Shown here one piece after another: positions 1 through 13,313 of a stretch of DNA of 64,000 nt (positions within the stretch are counted from its first letter, which is position 1; every line of letters starts with the position of its first letter). The notes under the pieces were generated by a model, which saw only the letters and a list, made by a program, of their open reading frames with translations, was not told the origin of the DNA and did no database searches. The translations under genes and the position numbers were made by a program. Source of the DNA: Tricharina praecox (Eukaryota); contig NW_026250434.1 in NCBI RefSeq assembly GCF_024521635.1, positions 248,001 to 312,000 of the forward strand. Direction: 5' to 3'.

Positions 1-926
<926 letters not shown>

Positions 927-2712
927 ATTGTTTGTTTGGGGATTCTTTCGGGGCCGGGACTGGAATAGGGTAGAACCGGGACTTGGGTAGTTTGCTGAAT
1001 GGTTTTACGACTCTGATAATGTCTTTTTACCCTTTGAATGAATCGATCGGGGTTTTTCTGTTGGCTTTTTTCTTTGTTTGTTTCTGTTTGCTATCTGTAG
1101 ATTGCAGATTGCTTTACTCGATGGAATGTTGGACCCCTCCATGTCGGGTGGATTACGATACGTGATACGTGATGCAAGTTCACGGAATTGATTTTTATTG
1201 AGAGCTGGCGTATGTCGAGATGTATCGAAATAGCATTCTCATCAAGTAAACTCTTCAATGCTGTCATCCGGGTCATATGGCTTCCCAGAAGCCAGGGTTG
1301 TCCACGACCACAGATGACGAATCCTGTCGAAGGCAAGATTTACACTCTGGAGGGCCATTCTATTTTACAGCTCGAGTACATAGAAGGCTGCAGTCCATCG
1401 TCTTTTCAATGTATATTTCAGCCATTCCGCGAGTCGAATTGAATTGTCTGTTTCAGTTTATCGTTAAACCCGCACATCGTGTGTCTGCCTGCGATTATAA
1501 GCAGTTCTTTACCCCGGCGTAGTCGTGATACCTACCTCCCACTTCCCCCTGCCACCCCACTAAAGCTTGCATCTGTCTGACCGTCCGACCGCTGCTACAC
1601 ACGCACCCCAGCCCAGCCGAGAGACTCTCTTCTTACTCTACCACGACCGCCTACCACCACCACGACCACCACCTCACTGCCCAAAGTCGCGACTCGACAA
1701 TCTCTCGAGTCATCGCATCATCAACCTCCTCCTCACCCACCAAACCCCCCTTTCTCTCCCCCTCTTTCATCTTCCTCACTTCCTGTCTCCCCTGCTCCAC
1801 CCCGTCGCGTTCATTCCCCGTTCGTCGTTCCGCCATCAAGCGCGCCGAGCTTCCTTCATCACCCTCCCAACTCGACTCGAGAGAGAACTGACCTGACAGT
1901 TTTCTTCCTTTTCTCCTTCATCGTCATCACCCTGTTCTTCACTCGAACTCCTGTTTCGGAAGGAAGAGACCTGTACGCGCACAGCTTTGGAAAGGAGGCC
2001 CAAATCTATTTTCTTTCTACTTGAAGTTTGAGGAGAAGAGCGAATTTGGAACCGAAGGGATCAATCAGTTCCTATTACTATTTGTGTGTGAGAGAGAGAA
2101 GAGAGCAAATCCTGTCAGTCCGACGAGAAGAGAGTGTGTGAGAAGAGAGAGCCCTTAGCTGGAGGTAGTGTACGTATCTTCCACCCTCTTTGTGCAATCC
2201 TCCTGTACTGTTATTCTTGCTTGGGTTCGTGTCGTGGGATACGTGCACCTATCTTCTCCATACATTGTCGGATTTCCGAGGGGTCTTTTGCTTCTGCTTC
2301 TTCTTCTTCTTCCGCGTCTTTTTCTTCCCTTCAGCTGCTCCTGCTTTCTTGTCTTTTTGTTTCGGCTTTCACACACACACAGTGGGGTTGATTTCTGTTC
2401 CTCCGCTCTCTCTTCGCTGCTGCTTCTCTTCTCTTTTTCCGTCTTTCTAGGACGCTGATTTACGATGCCGGATGTACAGATTCCTGTAAGCAAGTCGTGG
2501 AAGAAGAAAGCTTGTGAACAGCACACTTTGTTGGGAGGATCAAGATCAAGTCACCTAGGAAAAACAAAACTGAAACCAGACTTCACTGAAAGCATAAGTA
2601 CGAACACGCAAGCGTTTCCGTGGCACACACAGGCTTTTCCGTGATACGCACGCAGACACACACGCACGCAGACACACACACGCACGCACATACTACTACT
2701 CACCTCCACAAG

Positions 2713-4130
2713 ATGGCTGACGAATTTGATATCGACATCTACGGGGATCTCAATCCGGATGAGCCCACGAACACCCCGGCCTTCAAGAAGGAAGACGGCG
2801 CCGATGATGACGAATACCTTGCCGATAACGACCGCAAAGATGAGGGAAAGGTCGAGGATCAGGAGGATACCAACATGGAATCGGCGGCCCCCGATGGAGA
2901 TAATTCGGGGAACCAGCAGAATGCGAAGGGAGAAACTCCCAGCGGCGGCGGGCTTGTCAAGCAGAAGAGGAAGCTCGATGATAGACCCTACGATCCGAAT
3001 GCCACCAGCGCGCTCTACATCGCCGATCTTCACTGGTGGACTACCGACGACGATATCCGTGGTTGGGTCAACGAGTGTGGCTGCGAAGACGAGCTCAAGG
3101 ACATCACCTTCAGCGAACACAAGGTGAACGGCAAGTCTAAGGGGTGAGTGGAAGTCGTTATTGGTGGTGACAGTTGTGGTCGATGGGCATGAAGTTGAGC
3201 TTGTGTACTAATCACTTGGAATTTGTAGGGTTGCTTTCGTTGAATTCACCTCCCCACAAGCTGCCGCAGCCGTCAAGGCGAAGGTCGAAGCCGGCTCAAA
3301 CCAGCCAATGTACATGGGTAAGCGACACAGCGTTAGCTACACCAACCCGAACTCGAATCCGTTCCGCACTCTGCCTAAAGAGGCGCCCCAGCGCGATCGT
3401 CCTCGTGATTTCCAGGCCGGCCGAGGCGCCGGTGGTCCCGACCGCGGCGGTCACATCGGTAGTGGCGGTCCCCCTCCCAACGTTGGCGGTGGTCCGGTTG
3501 TTGGACCAGGCGCAGGAATGAACATGGGCGGTGGTTTCCGAGGCGGTCGTGGCGGTTTCGCTGGACGAGGCGGTGGCAACATGGGCGGCGCTCCGTTCAT
3601 GGGAGGTCGTGGTGGATTTGGTGGACCGGTTGGTGGACCCCAGGGATCCCCGCAGCCGGCGTTTCAGTCCCCAATGGGTGCTGGATTCGGCGGACCCAAC
3701 ATGCCTATGCAGCAATTCGGCGGCGGAAACTTCCAGGGCGGTTTCCAGGGTCGTGGTGGTATGATGCCTATGCGTGGTAATCCGGCCATGAGGGGCAGAG
3801 GGGGCATGGGCCCTGGAGGCATGATGGGTGGCGGTGGAATGGGCATGGGAGGAATGGGCATGGCCGGTGGAAACATGGAGGGCGGTGGTTTCAACCCCAT
3901 GGGCGGCATGGCTGGTTTCGGAATGGGTGGAATGGGTGGGTTCACACTGAATCGACTCTCACGAAGTTTATTTTTGCTGACACGGAAAACAAATAGGTCC
4001 TGGTAACTTCCCGGCTCCTCATTTCAACCCGGCATTCTTCCCCGGAGGGCCTCAAGGAGGTGGTGGTGGTGTTCAGGGCCAATGGAACGACAACCCGCAT
4101 CCTGCGAAGCGCCCGCGTCCGAATGAATAG
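2713..4130 (+). CDS. RRM protein with Gly/Met/RGG-rich tail, CPSF6/CFIm68-like cleavage factor Im large subunit
   Basis: N-terminus MADEFDIDIYGD, RRM ALYIADLHWWTTDDD...FSEHKVNGKSKG|VAFVEF, and a C-terminal PHFNPAFF motif typical of CPSF6/7. Introns 3144-3228 and 3936-3996; stop TAG at 4128-4130. Confidence 0.8.
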
Positions 4131-5106
4131 AACTCTGTCGGCACAAACGGCTCGCTCAATGGTAGGAGGTTGATGCAGTAAGCCCGTCTTCGTGACTCCT
4201 TTTTTTTCTCGTTCCGCACAGCACAGATTCCTTCCCCATGAGCACCACAAAACCTCCCGACTAACCGACCTTGTGATATCTTTTCCTTTCTCTCGGTCTG
4301 GCATTTTGGTGGTTTCCAATTTTTCTACGGCTTTTCTGTTTTCTTCAAGGCAGGAGGGGGATGGTGATGGCGATGGGGGAAAAAAAGTGAGGGGAAAAAA
4401 CAATGTGCCTTTTCTGTTTTCTGTTTTCTTTTTGATTTTGTTTTCTGTTCCTCTTTTCTCTAGGAGTTGAAGTTTTTTTTTTCTTGTTTGCTTTTTTTCT
4501 ATGTAATTCGGACTGCTTTACATATTTTTACTTGGTTTTTCTTCATTTCCACGCTGGTTTTGAGATTGAATGGACTGGTTTTTCTGTGTACGATATGATA
4601 TGGTAGTGAGTGATGTGTATGTGATTTGCGATATGCATTGTGGGAGTCAATGTCGATTTTGATGTTGATGTTGATGCTGATGTACCATTTGTCCTTGTAC
4701 GATATGAAGGGAGAGCTATCTCAGGAAGGATCCTGGATGACTGACACGTGATGGGGACTGGAGAAGCACGTGGGAAGGCGAGTGATAGGTTGGGCCGGCC
4801 CTCGGATTACTGGTAGTCTGCTTCGGGCCGCGTAACTTGGTGTTACGTCACGGAGAGCTTCGTAATGTAGTTTCTGAGCAGTAGCTATAGAGATAACTTT
4901 TTCAGATCACACTTTGTTTGAATCAAGCTCTGCCGTACCTATATCAGTCCTGCTTTCTATGTGATGTTCAGGGAGCCGAAGCTTCCGAACAGGGCAGCTG
5001 GGGGCCAGCTTTAGTGACGTCGCTACAGTCCCTGGGTACATCTGCCCCACCTCCGTTCTAGGTAATCCCTCAACATCACCGTTTATCGACATCGACATCT
5101 CCAACC

Positions 5107-7229
5107 ATGGCCTCAACTACCACTAGCTTTATCAACCTACGCAAGTCCCCTCTCGCCTCCCTCCTCCTCACCGCCCAGCTAACCAAGCGTAGCGGACGAG
5201 ATCCACCTCCGGATCCTCCACTTCGCGGGCTGGCGGTCCGCGCTATCACTCAGCTCTACATCGCGACGGTTCCTTGGGCTTAGCGAGGAGCCTACATTCT
5301 GGCACGCGGCAGTAAACGAGAGCTTCCGGATGCACCTGGACAACTTTGACAAGGAGAGCGGCGACTGGAAGGGAGCGTTCCGGAAGCTGGTTACGGGACG
5401 GTTCTATGCGTGGGGGCAGATCGCACGCATGCGCGGCGATAAATTTAATAGGATTCGTCGCGACCAGAGGAATGCACATCAGCCGTTGCATCTGGGCGAT
5501 GAGATCGAGGAAACGGTTGTTGATGTTCAGTGTGGGTATGTTATGTTGGCCGACGGGTGTGATGGGTGCTGGGTGAGCTGATAGGACGGTGTGCAGTGGA
5601 TGGTGCTACTCCCTGCTGACCCTCGCCGGGAATATCGTTATGATTGGATCGCTGGACAACTCCTGGGCCGTGATGACTACCCGGTCAATAAAGTTCCCTG
5701 CGCCTGGTGTGAAGGTGTATCAGCACTCCGCTGGTCGGCAGCACCTCATTGTGCTCTCGGAGCGTGGCGAGGTTTGGTACGTCTCCGGCGCTAACTCGGA
5801 AGTTCCAGTTTTGTGCAGCTTCGCGGAGTTGGATATCGTACTGGGTTACCCGGGGGATACGCAGCGGCGGCCGGGAACGGTGTCGAAGGTTGTAGCTGGG
5901 TGGAACGTGTCGGGCGCGCTGGTGGAGGGGTACGGCATCGCCGTTTGGTTCGGCACTCAGCCCGGGGATGGCGGGCAGTTTCATGTAAAGGATGCCCCCT
6001 TCCTATCCCGGCTGAACGCGATGGAAGATGCAGATGCGGTGGTGGATTTCGCCATCGGCGAGAACTACTTGATGGCTGTTACCGCCTCAGGGAAGGTGTA
6101 TGCCGCAAACATTGAGGATATTGAACAAGAAGAACTTATTGCACCCATGGAGATGCTAAACTTCGAAGCCCCCGCTGGACATCCACCAATTAACCGCGTT
6201 GTGGGCTGGTTCCGGAAGTTCGCCTTGTTCAATAAGGATGGCCTCGTCCACATCGTCGACGATAGCAAGGACCTAAAGGTGTCAAGACAGCTCCTGTACG
6301 GCGATGATGCCTCCCACGGCCTCTCCGGCGCTCTGGAGGAAATGAGGACGGATGCGGTGACACCGACTGAGGTTCCAGGGCTCAAGGAATATACCATCGT
6401 TGACGTTGCGTTCGGAGACTGGCACTGCCTTGCGCTCACCGATACTGGGAAGGTGCTCTCGTGGGGGAGGGAATCGGGGCTTTGTGGCTGTCTGGGTCTC
6501 GGGCGACCGGATGTAGCGGAACAGAAGGGTTTACGTATCAACAATGGTTACGACGGAGACCTCGATACCGCACAGGTCGTCACTTTTGAGCACCCGTATT
6601 CGGAGAATGAAGAACAGGGCGACGGTATGCTCCACATCCCACCACTCATATCAATTCGCATACTAACACACTCAGGCACAACCGAATATGCCTACAAGAT
6701 CGCCGCAGCAGGCTGGCACTCCTGCGCGCTCGTTGCCATGGTGGAAAAGGGCTCGACGCTCTCCGCTGGTGGAATCTCCAAACCGCTCGCGCTCGATGGC
6801 AGCGGCGACTCAAAGCCTCCGGACGAAACCCCAAAGCCTCCGGGGCCGAAATCACCCCAGCCCCCGACGGAGAAGGGACATCGCGGCGGAATCGAGGGTG
6901 TACCCAGCGATGCCCGCGGCGGAAGAGTCTCGCTTGCGGAAGCAAGCATTGCCAGAGCAGGCGGAAACTCCATATTCGGGCTCGGAACTTCGGCAAAACA
7001 AATCCCCCCACCACCACCGACTGAGCATGGCCACCGCGGCGGGATAGTTGGGGTGCAGAGCGATGCGAGGGGTGGGAACAGTAGTCTGGCCGAAGGGAGC
7101 ATGGCCCGGGGTGGACAGTCGTTTTTTGGAATGACGGGTGGTGCGCTACAGCTGGGTGAGGGGGATAGACTCAGCGAAAGCAGAGAGACTGAGAAGGAGA
7201 AGGCGAAGAAGAGGAAGCTTGAACAGTAG
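5107..7229 (+). CDS. F-box plus RCC1-repeat protein (Saf1/Pof9-like SCF substrate adaptor)
   Basis: Spliced N-terminus FINL|PDEIHLRILHF...LSSTSRRF...FW is an F-box. RCC1 repeats SAGRQHLIVL, VAFGDWHCLALTDTGKVLSWG, IAAAGWHSCAL. Introns 5141-5192 (GC-AG), 5536-5596 and 6625-6675. Confidence 0.85.
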
Positions 7230-7632
7230 GCTTGGAGTTTCGGGGAGAAGTTGGGAGGTGTTTGCGAATTGTGCGAGTGAGAGCTAGTGAGGCCAATAGA
7301 TCCTCAAGTGATTTTGTAAAAATACCTACTTGAACCAGCAATCATAGATATTTCACATAGACAAAATTTGTTGTACTTCCCCGATCTTCTCCTGCACGCA
7401 TCAACATGCACCACAAAAAGTAAAATCACCTCATTGGCGTCACTAATGGAATAGGTACACTGTCCGCTCTAATCATGTCATCTAGTTTAAGCATTTATAG
7501 GCAAATCAGTGTGATTGAGATCATGACATCTTATTTGTAAAGCCGCGAGTCATGATAGGCACGCGAAAGAAAGAAGGCAGCAAAAAGGAATAGTAATCCA
7601 ACGCCATACACGAAGCATCCACGAAAATCTTG

Positions 7633-8780
7633 CTAAGCATTCCTCTGCACGCCCACAGCCAACTGCGTCGACGTTGCCGGAGCCTCGATAGGCGAAAACA
7701 CCCTCTCCTTGACCACATTACTGAAGTGACCGGATATCTCCTCGGACGTGATCTTGTTGCTCTCCTTGATGATCTTCTGCAGCGCATTTTCGGACACACC
7801 ACTCTTTCCCGGCAGTGAAGTCCTCGCCTTGCCCGCGATGGCACTCTCGCTCTTCGAGATCTTCTGCGCCAGGTCTAGCATTTGCTTGGTCGAGTAGTCG
7901 CGGTTGTTGAGCAGCGGGCTGTTCGTGAGTGTGGCGACCCAGTACTTGTTCCACAGCAGGTCGAGGAGGCGGGTGTCGAGGCTGCTCTTGAAATGCGACA
8001 CTTCGAGTGAGTAGTAGCGACTACTGTGAGCACCAAAGTCCTCAATCTTGCTAAGCGGGATGGCCTGGTACTCGTCGTCCTCGTCGGCGCTCGACGGCTT
8101 GTGGCCCTCAGGATACGTCCTGAACCCGCCGATATCCACCTTCCCGGCCGAGATAGTGCGATCGGGATCCACCACGACAGCCAGAAACGGATCCATAAAC
8201 TGCTGCTGGTTCATCTCGGTATTGACGTCGATTCCGGAGAGCCAGCAGCCGTATCCCGGGTGCGAATGATACCAACCCACGACGTTCTCCTTGCGGTTTC
8301 CCTCGCGGGTGATGTCGATGTACTGCGCCATGTACTCGTACGCCTGCTCGTGCGCGTTCACGCGGGTCTCGGTGCCCTCGACGGGAAGCGGGAACGCGTC
8401 CATCACCACGAACGTCTCGTGCGCGATCTTGCCCTGCATCAGGCCCATCACTTCGAGCGACCCGCCCGAGCGCGCATGCATCACCATCTTTATCAGCGCG
8501 ACCGCGGAAATGCGCACATATTTGAAGTAGTTCGGGTCGGCGGCCCACGGGCGGTCGGCGATTATGGCTCTAGGACAAGGCTGTTAGAGGGTACAATTCT
8601 AGAATAGAAGGAGGAGGGGAGGGGGAGCTGACCTCTGCTCCGCTTCATCGTAGTCGTAAAGGCCGTCTTTGGTGGAGTCTACGAGGGTGACATTGTTTTC
8701 CGCCTCTGAGTTGCGTCAGTAAAGGAAAAGCTAGGATACGGGAGTGGTATACCGAACTGAGCTCTAGCTGCGGCTTCCAT
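7633..8780 (-). CDS. CSN5: COP9 signalosome subunit 5 (JAMM deneddylase)
   Basis: [17 protein letters not shown] and JAMM motif [17 protein letters not shown]. Introns 8752-8706 and 8632-8570. Confidence 0.96.
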
Positions 8781-8832
8781 AGTTCGTGTTTCTTTGCGCA
8801 GTGACGGATGATGGCGGGGAAGCTTGATGGAG

Positions 8833-8884
8833 TTTGACGGAAGGTGAGTTTGGTGGGGTTTGACCGAAGGTGAGCTTGGTGGGG
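8833..8884. repeat. 26-bp direct repeat x2 just upstream of CSN5
   Basis: TTTGACGGAAGGTGAGTTTGGTGGGG and TTTGACCGAAGGTGAGCTTGGTGGGG (24/26 identical). Confidence 0.85.
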
Positions 8885-9312
8885 CTCAATTCCACATGTG
8901 GATTAGAGAGGGCGTATGCTACTCTATCTTACACGAATGTCGGTTATTCGAACACCAAGGGTGCTAGGATGATTTCGTATTTTCTTTTTCCAAAATTCTT
9001 TGCCGTTGGCTACATATCAAACCGCCCAAGTAACGTGAAATATTGAGGCTTTCCCGTACTCACATATCACACTTCTGAGGGTAAATTTGAGCTCATGAGT
9101 CAATCGAATGCGAATTCGTCGAGCTTCGAAGAATCGTCAGTATTGACCACTCGCGACAAGCAGCTGAGTAACTGAGCTCAAGCGGTGTTGGATTCTTGGC
9201 ATTGAAATAACCGACACATACACGCTACATTTAGCGCCATTAATCAAGCTGCCTCACTCTGTCGCGTCCCCCAAATCCTTCGATTAGCCCTATATTCCTC
9301 ACAACAACAGCA

Positions 9313-11107
9313 ATGGGAAAAGGTACAGTGATGGTATCATCTTGTTGACTATGGCGCGTACTTACTGACGGTGGAGGGATCGATGCCAGGCACCGACAAG
9401 CTCTACATCACCCACAGCGAGTGGGCGTCGGCCGACAGCTTCGGCGCGAACCGCAGTTTTCAGACCAAGACGAACCTTCCATTCAAGCGGCTTCCCTTCA
9501 AATTCTGCTCGCTCTCGCTGCAGCCCTACGAGCACCCCGTATGCACCGACACCGGCGTCGTCTTCGAGCTTACGAACATCATCCCGTGGCTCAAGAAACA
9601 CGGTACGAACCCGGTCACCGGCGGGAAACTGGCCTACAATGACCTTCTCAAACTCAACATGCACCGCAACGAGTCCGGAGAGTTCTGCGACCCGGTCACA
9701 TTCAAGGTCTTCACGGACAACACGCATATCGTCGCGCTGAAGACGAGCGGGAATGTGTTCGCGTGGGATACCATCGAGAGGCTGAATCTGAAGGCGAAGA
9801 TGTGGCGCGATCTCGTGAGCGACGATGAGTTCTCGAGGAAGGACATCATTACGCTGCAGGACCCGCACAACCTGTCGAACAGGGATATGTCGGGCTTCAA
9901 GTTCATCCAGGAGGGCACCAGCACGCTGACGGAGGAGCAAGAGGCCGAGCGCGCGGATCCGCTCAGCGGTATCAACACTGGCGCTATGGGGTCTTCCGCG
10001 AAGATCCTGGCCGCGAAGGCGGCGGTGGCTAATGCACGAGCGGCGAAGACGGCGGATCCGAATAAGAACCCCGCTGCGCAGAAGGCTGGTGCTGTGGCCC
10101 GCCGAGAGAACCCGGCAAATGCGAATCGTGCGGCGGCTCCCTATAATGCGGCGAAGCATACGACGGGTAAAGCGGCAGCTTCGTTGACGTCGACGGCTTT
10201 GACGCCTCATACGGGCAACGAACATGCGCTGCTCAGCGACGAGGAGTACATGTTGAAACCGAAGCGCATAAAGATCAAGGGCTACGCACGGATTGCCACG
10301 AATTTTGGGAATCTTAACATCGAACTGCACACAGACTTTGCTCCTAAGGCGGTTTACAACTTTGTGAAACTGGCGCAGAAGGGGTACTACAAGGGTGTTA
10401 AGTTTCATAGGAATATCAAGAGTTTTATGGTACGCAATCGCACGAATCCAGGAAATCGCGGCAATGGCGCTGATCAGTATTAGATCCAGGGAGGTGATCC
10501 GACAGGAACCGGGCGCGGGGGAACTTCATATTGGGGCAAGAACTTTTCGGACGAGTTCGAATCTCCGCTCCTGCACAACGAACGCGGTGTCATCTCGATG
10601 GCAAACAAAGGCAAGAACACCAACTCGTCACAATTCTTTATCCTCTACAGGCCAGCAACGCATCTCGACCGGAAACACACCATCTTCGGAAAGGTCGTGG
10701 GAGGTCTGGACGTGTTGGACAAGCTGGAAGCAGTACCCGCCGGAGACGGCGATAGGCCGCTCGAAGATATCGTTATAAAGGAAGTGGCCGTTTTTGTAGA
10801 TCCGTTCGAAGAGTTCCTGAAGAAGCGACGGGAGGCGGAGGAGGAGGAAATGAGGGAGAAGGAGAAGAAGAAGGTCGGCACAGAAGAGGACCGTGTCACA
10901 TGGACGGGGAAGCGGATACGCGGTGATGGAGCGGTGGCGGGTGCCGGAGGGGCGGCTACAGCTGTAGGAAAATATCTCAAGGCGAAGCAACAGGAAGATG
11001 AGATCGTTGAAGAAGTGGTAGAAGAGGAAGAGTTTACGTACCAGGAGCCGGTCAGAAAGAAGGCTAAGGCCAGCGGTGGTGGGTTTGGCAATTTCGATGC
11101 GTGGTGA
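9313..11107 (+). CDS. U-box cyclophilin PPIL2/Cyp60 (peptidyl-prolyl isomerase-like 2)
   Basis: [16 protein letters not shown]-box [13 protein letters not shown]...NPVTG, cyclophilin domain [19 protein letters not shown] and [16 protein letters not shown]. Introns 9323-9389 and 10430-10483. Confidence 0.93.
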
Positions 11108-11456
11108 TGATGCTATGTCGAGACGCATGTAATATACGAATGGCTACTATTGTTTGGAACCTCTTCTTCCTGTCCTCAACTCGCGTCCCTGCAAATCACT
11201 CGTATATTGACCAGCCTTCATCCTGTCGACCCATCAGGGTAATAGGAGGATCTGCCGACGCTCACCAACTATGCCAAATTCTCCGACACATTCCATCACT
11301 ACGTTGCTATTTCGGAGTGATACGACCCAAGTATAAACGTAGCTTCTGTCATTACGTCCTCTCATCACCTGACCAACTGTAATCAACCCCATCCCCCAAC
11401 AACTACCGCCACCACCACCGCTACCTGGTACACAGACGTCATCACAACAAGCCGCG

Positions 11457-12197
11457 ATGGATCTACCTGACTACCAGCCTGGGCCTTCCCAAGATAAGAT
11501 CAACGAAGCCTGGGCGGACCTAGCCAGGGAGCGCCTTGCGCTCGCCAACGAGCGCAAGATAGTGGAGCGGGAGCGCAAGACAGTGGAGAAGGAGCGCAGG
11601 TATGTCGAGACGATGTGCCGCAGGCTCCTCACGGACATCCAGCAGTACCGGCAGGTGCTGGAGGCTCTCGACCACGGCGTCCTCACGCCGGAGGAGGCTC
11701 GCGTCGCCCTCGCCCAGGTCGTGGCTCGCGATGAAGAGGAGGCACGGATTAAGTTCAAGGAATGGGTTTTCCGGAAAGGGTGAGTTTTTTGTTACTGACG
11801 GCGAGGGATAATGCGGGGTGGGAGAGTGGGGGCTCATATGTTTGGCTAGGGGAAATGTCATCACCAGCGCTTTCAATCTCACCTCTCGCATCGGTAGGGT
11901 CGCCCACGTCGGGTTCACCTTGGCAAGGACTGGTCAACGTCTTTACCCGAGGGGTCCGGACGCCGTCGGCATGAGTGAGAAGATGGATACCGAGACGCCC
12001 GTCATCGTGATGAACGGAAACGAAGAACTTGACTGGGAACAAGACAGGTAGTCCACAGAATCGTAGAGACACGACATCGACGGCAAGTGCATCTTCCCCC
12101 TCTCTGCCCACTACTCACTCTGACCACTGACTGTTGAGATTGTAGCGACCATTCTGAAGCTGTGAGGGAGCTACTTGCATCGTTGTTGGAGAGATAG
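11457..12197 (+). CDS. Hypothetical protein of about 190 aa with N-terminal coiled coil
   Basis: GC-rich coding-like ORF with good context (GCCGCGATGG). Two canonical introns, 11780-11849 and 12048-12145, keep one frame to TAG at 12195-12197. No family recognised. Confidence 0.6.
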
Positions 12198-13313
12198 GCG
12201 TTCTGTTTGGGTTCCAATTGTCGTCCTAGTTCCCTTGGCCTTGTTTTTCTCTTCTTTCGCAGTTGTATCATCGGTGTTGTGGACGTACTTGATTTCCGCC
12301 AGTGTGCCTTCAGGCTTCTCGTGATGCTGTACGGTATTGCTCATGCCCGCTCCGGTCGTCGACAAATTCCTCGACCCCTCGGTGAAGTAACCCGTCGTCC
12401 GGAGAGCTTATCACCTATACGTGGTCGATAACCGATCTGCCGAGCTACACCTGGCGAGTATCTACTCTCGCTCGCCTTGGGATTTAATGGCGGTGGTGGC
12501 CGTGCATGGAATCGCACTCGCCCACATAAAAGAACGCCATCGAAGGAAGGTGCTGGCCAACCTCCGGGCCTCTGAGGCTAAGCATGAGTGCCTAAGGGGG
12601 GGATACATATTTGGATCGTGTAGATCCTGTACATAGATGGAGGCGGAGAATGACGATGTACATACTTCATAGGTAGACTCACTCACTTCCTTCTCTCTTT
12701 GGTACCTACGGTATTCGGTCACTCGGGAACCCATGCTACTACATAACTAGAGTAGCGTGCTGGTTACCGGTCACTGATGCAGGGACTAGTCGACTAGCGG
12801 GGTACTGAGGGAACGCGGGGTCGAGGCGCGGTACCGTGTTATGGAGGTCCGATGCAGACCCGATGCGGTCGTTGAACGTTGAGATGTTTCTGGTGCTGCT
12901 TTTCTGTTCTGCCTGTTCATCGGTCGGTCTCGGGTCCTCATCTTGTGCTCTACATCAGATCATCACCATACCTAAGAAAAGCTTTTCTGATTGGCCGAAA
13001 CGTCTGCACTAAAAGTTCAACTTGATTTGCGGGCACTGGGAAGTTACTCCGAGTAGACTACTCGGTTTATCCGAGTCTGCAGGGTGTTGCTATGTGCAAC
13101 AGAAGCCAAATACCGTCGCGTCGTCCCAGGCCTCCACATTGAACTGCCCGCCCTACATACAATCCTTCGTACTGCCTTCCAGTTGATGGGATTCGACTAT
13201 TTACTCTAGATTACGAATGAGAACGGCATCTGCATGTCCCGAGAAACCACTTCATCATCTTGCCACCACCGTCAACCGCGATTCACCGCTCGAGCCACAA
13301 ATCGCCCCCCACC

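Noticed and set aside
6625..6675. ORF track reads through MLHIPPLISIRILTHSG in the Saf1-like gene
   Set aside because: This is a canonical 51-nt in-frame intron (GTATGC...TACTAAC...CAG), not a protein insertion.
9362..10408. Long antisense ORFs over PPIL2 (and similar ones over CDC48, CSN5, DOT1, the coiled-coil gene and the Laa2-like gene)
   Set aside because: Shadow ORFs caused by high GC3 codon usage.
12655..12680. TACTTCATAGG resembling U3 snoRNA box A
   Set aside because: The following ATCATTTCT and ordered B/C/D boxes are missing.
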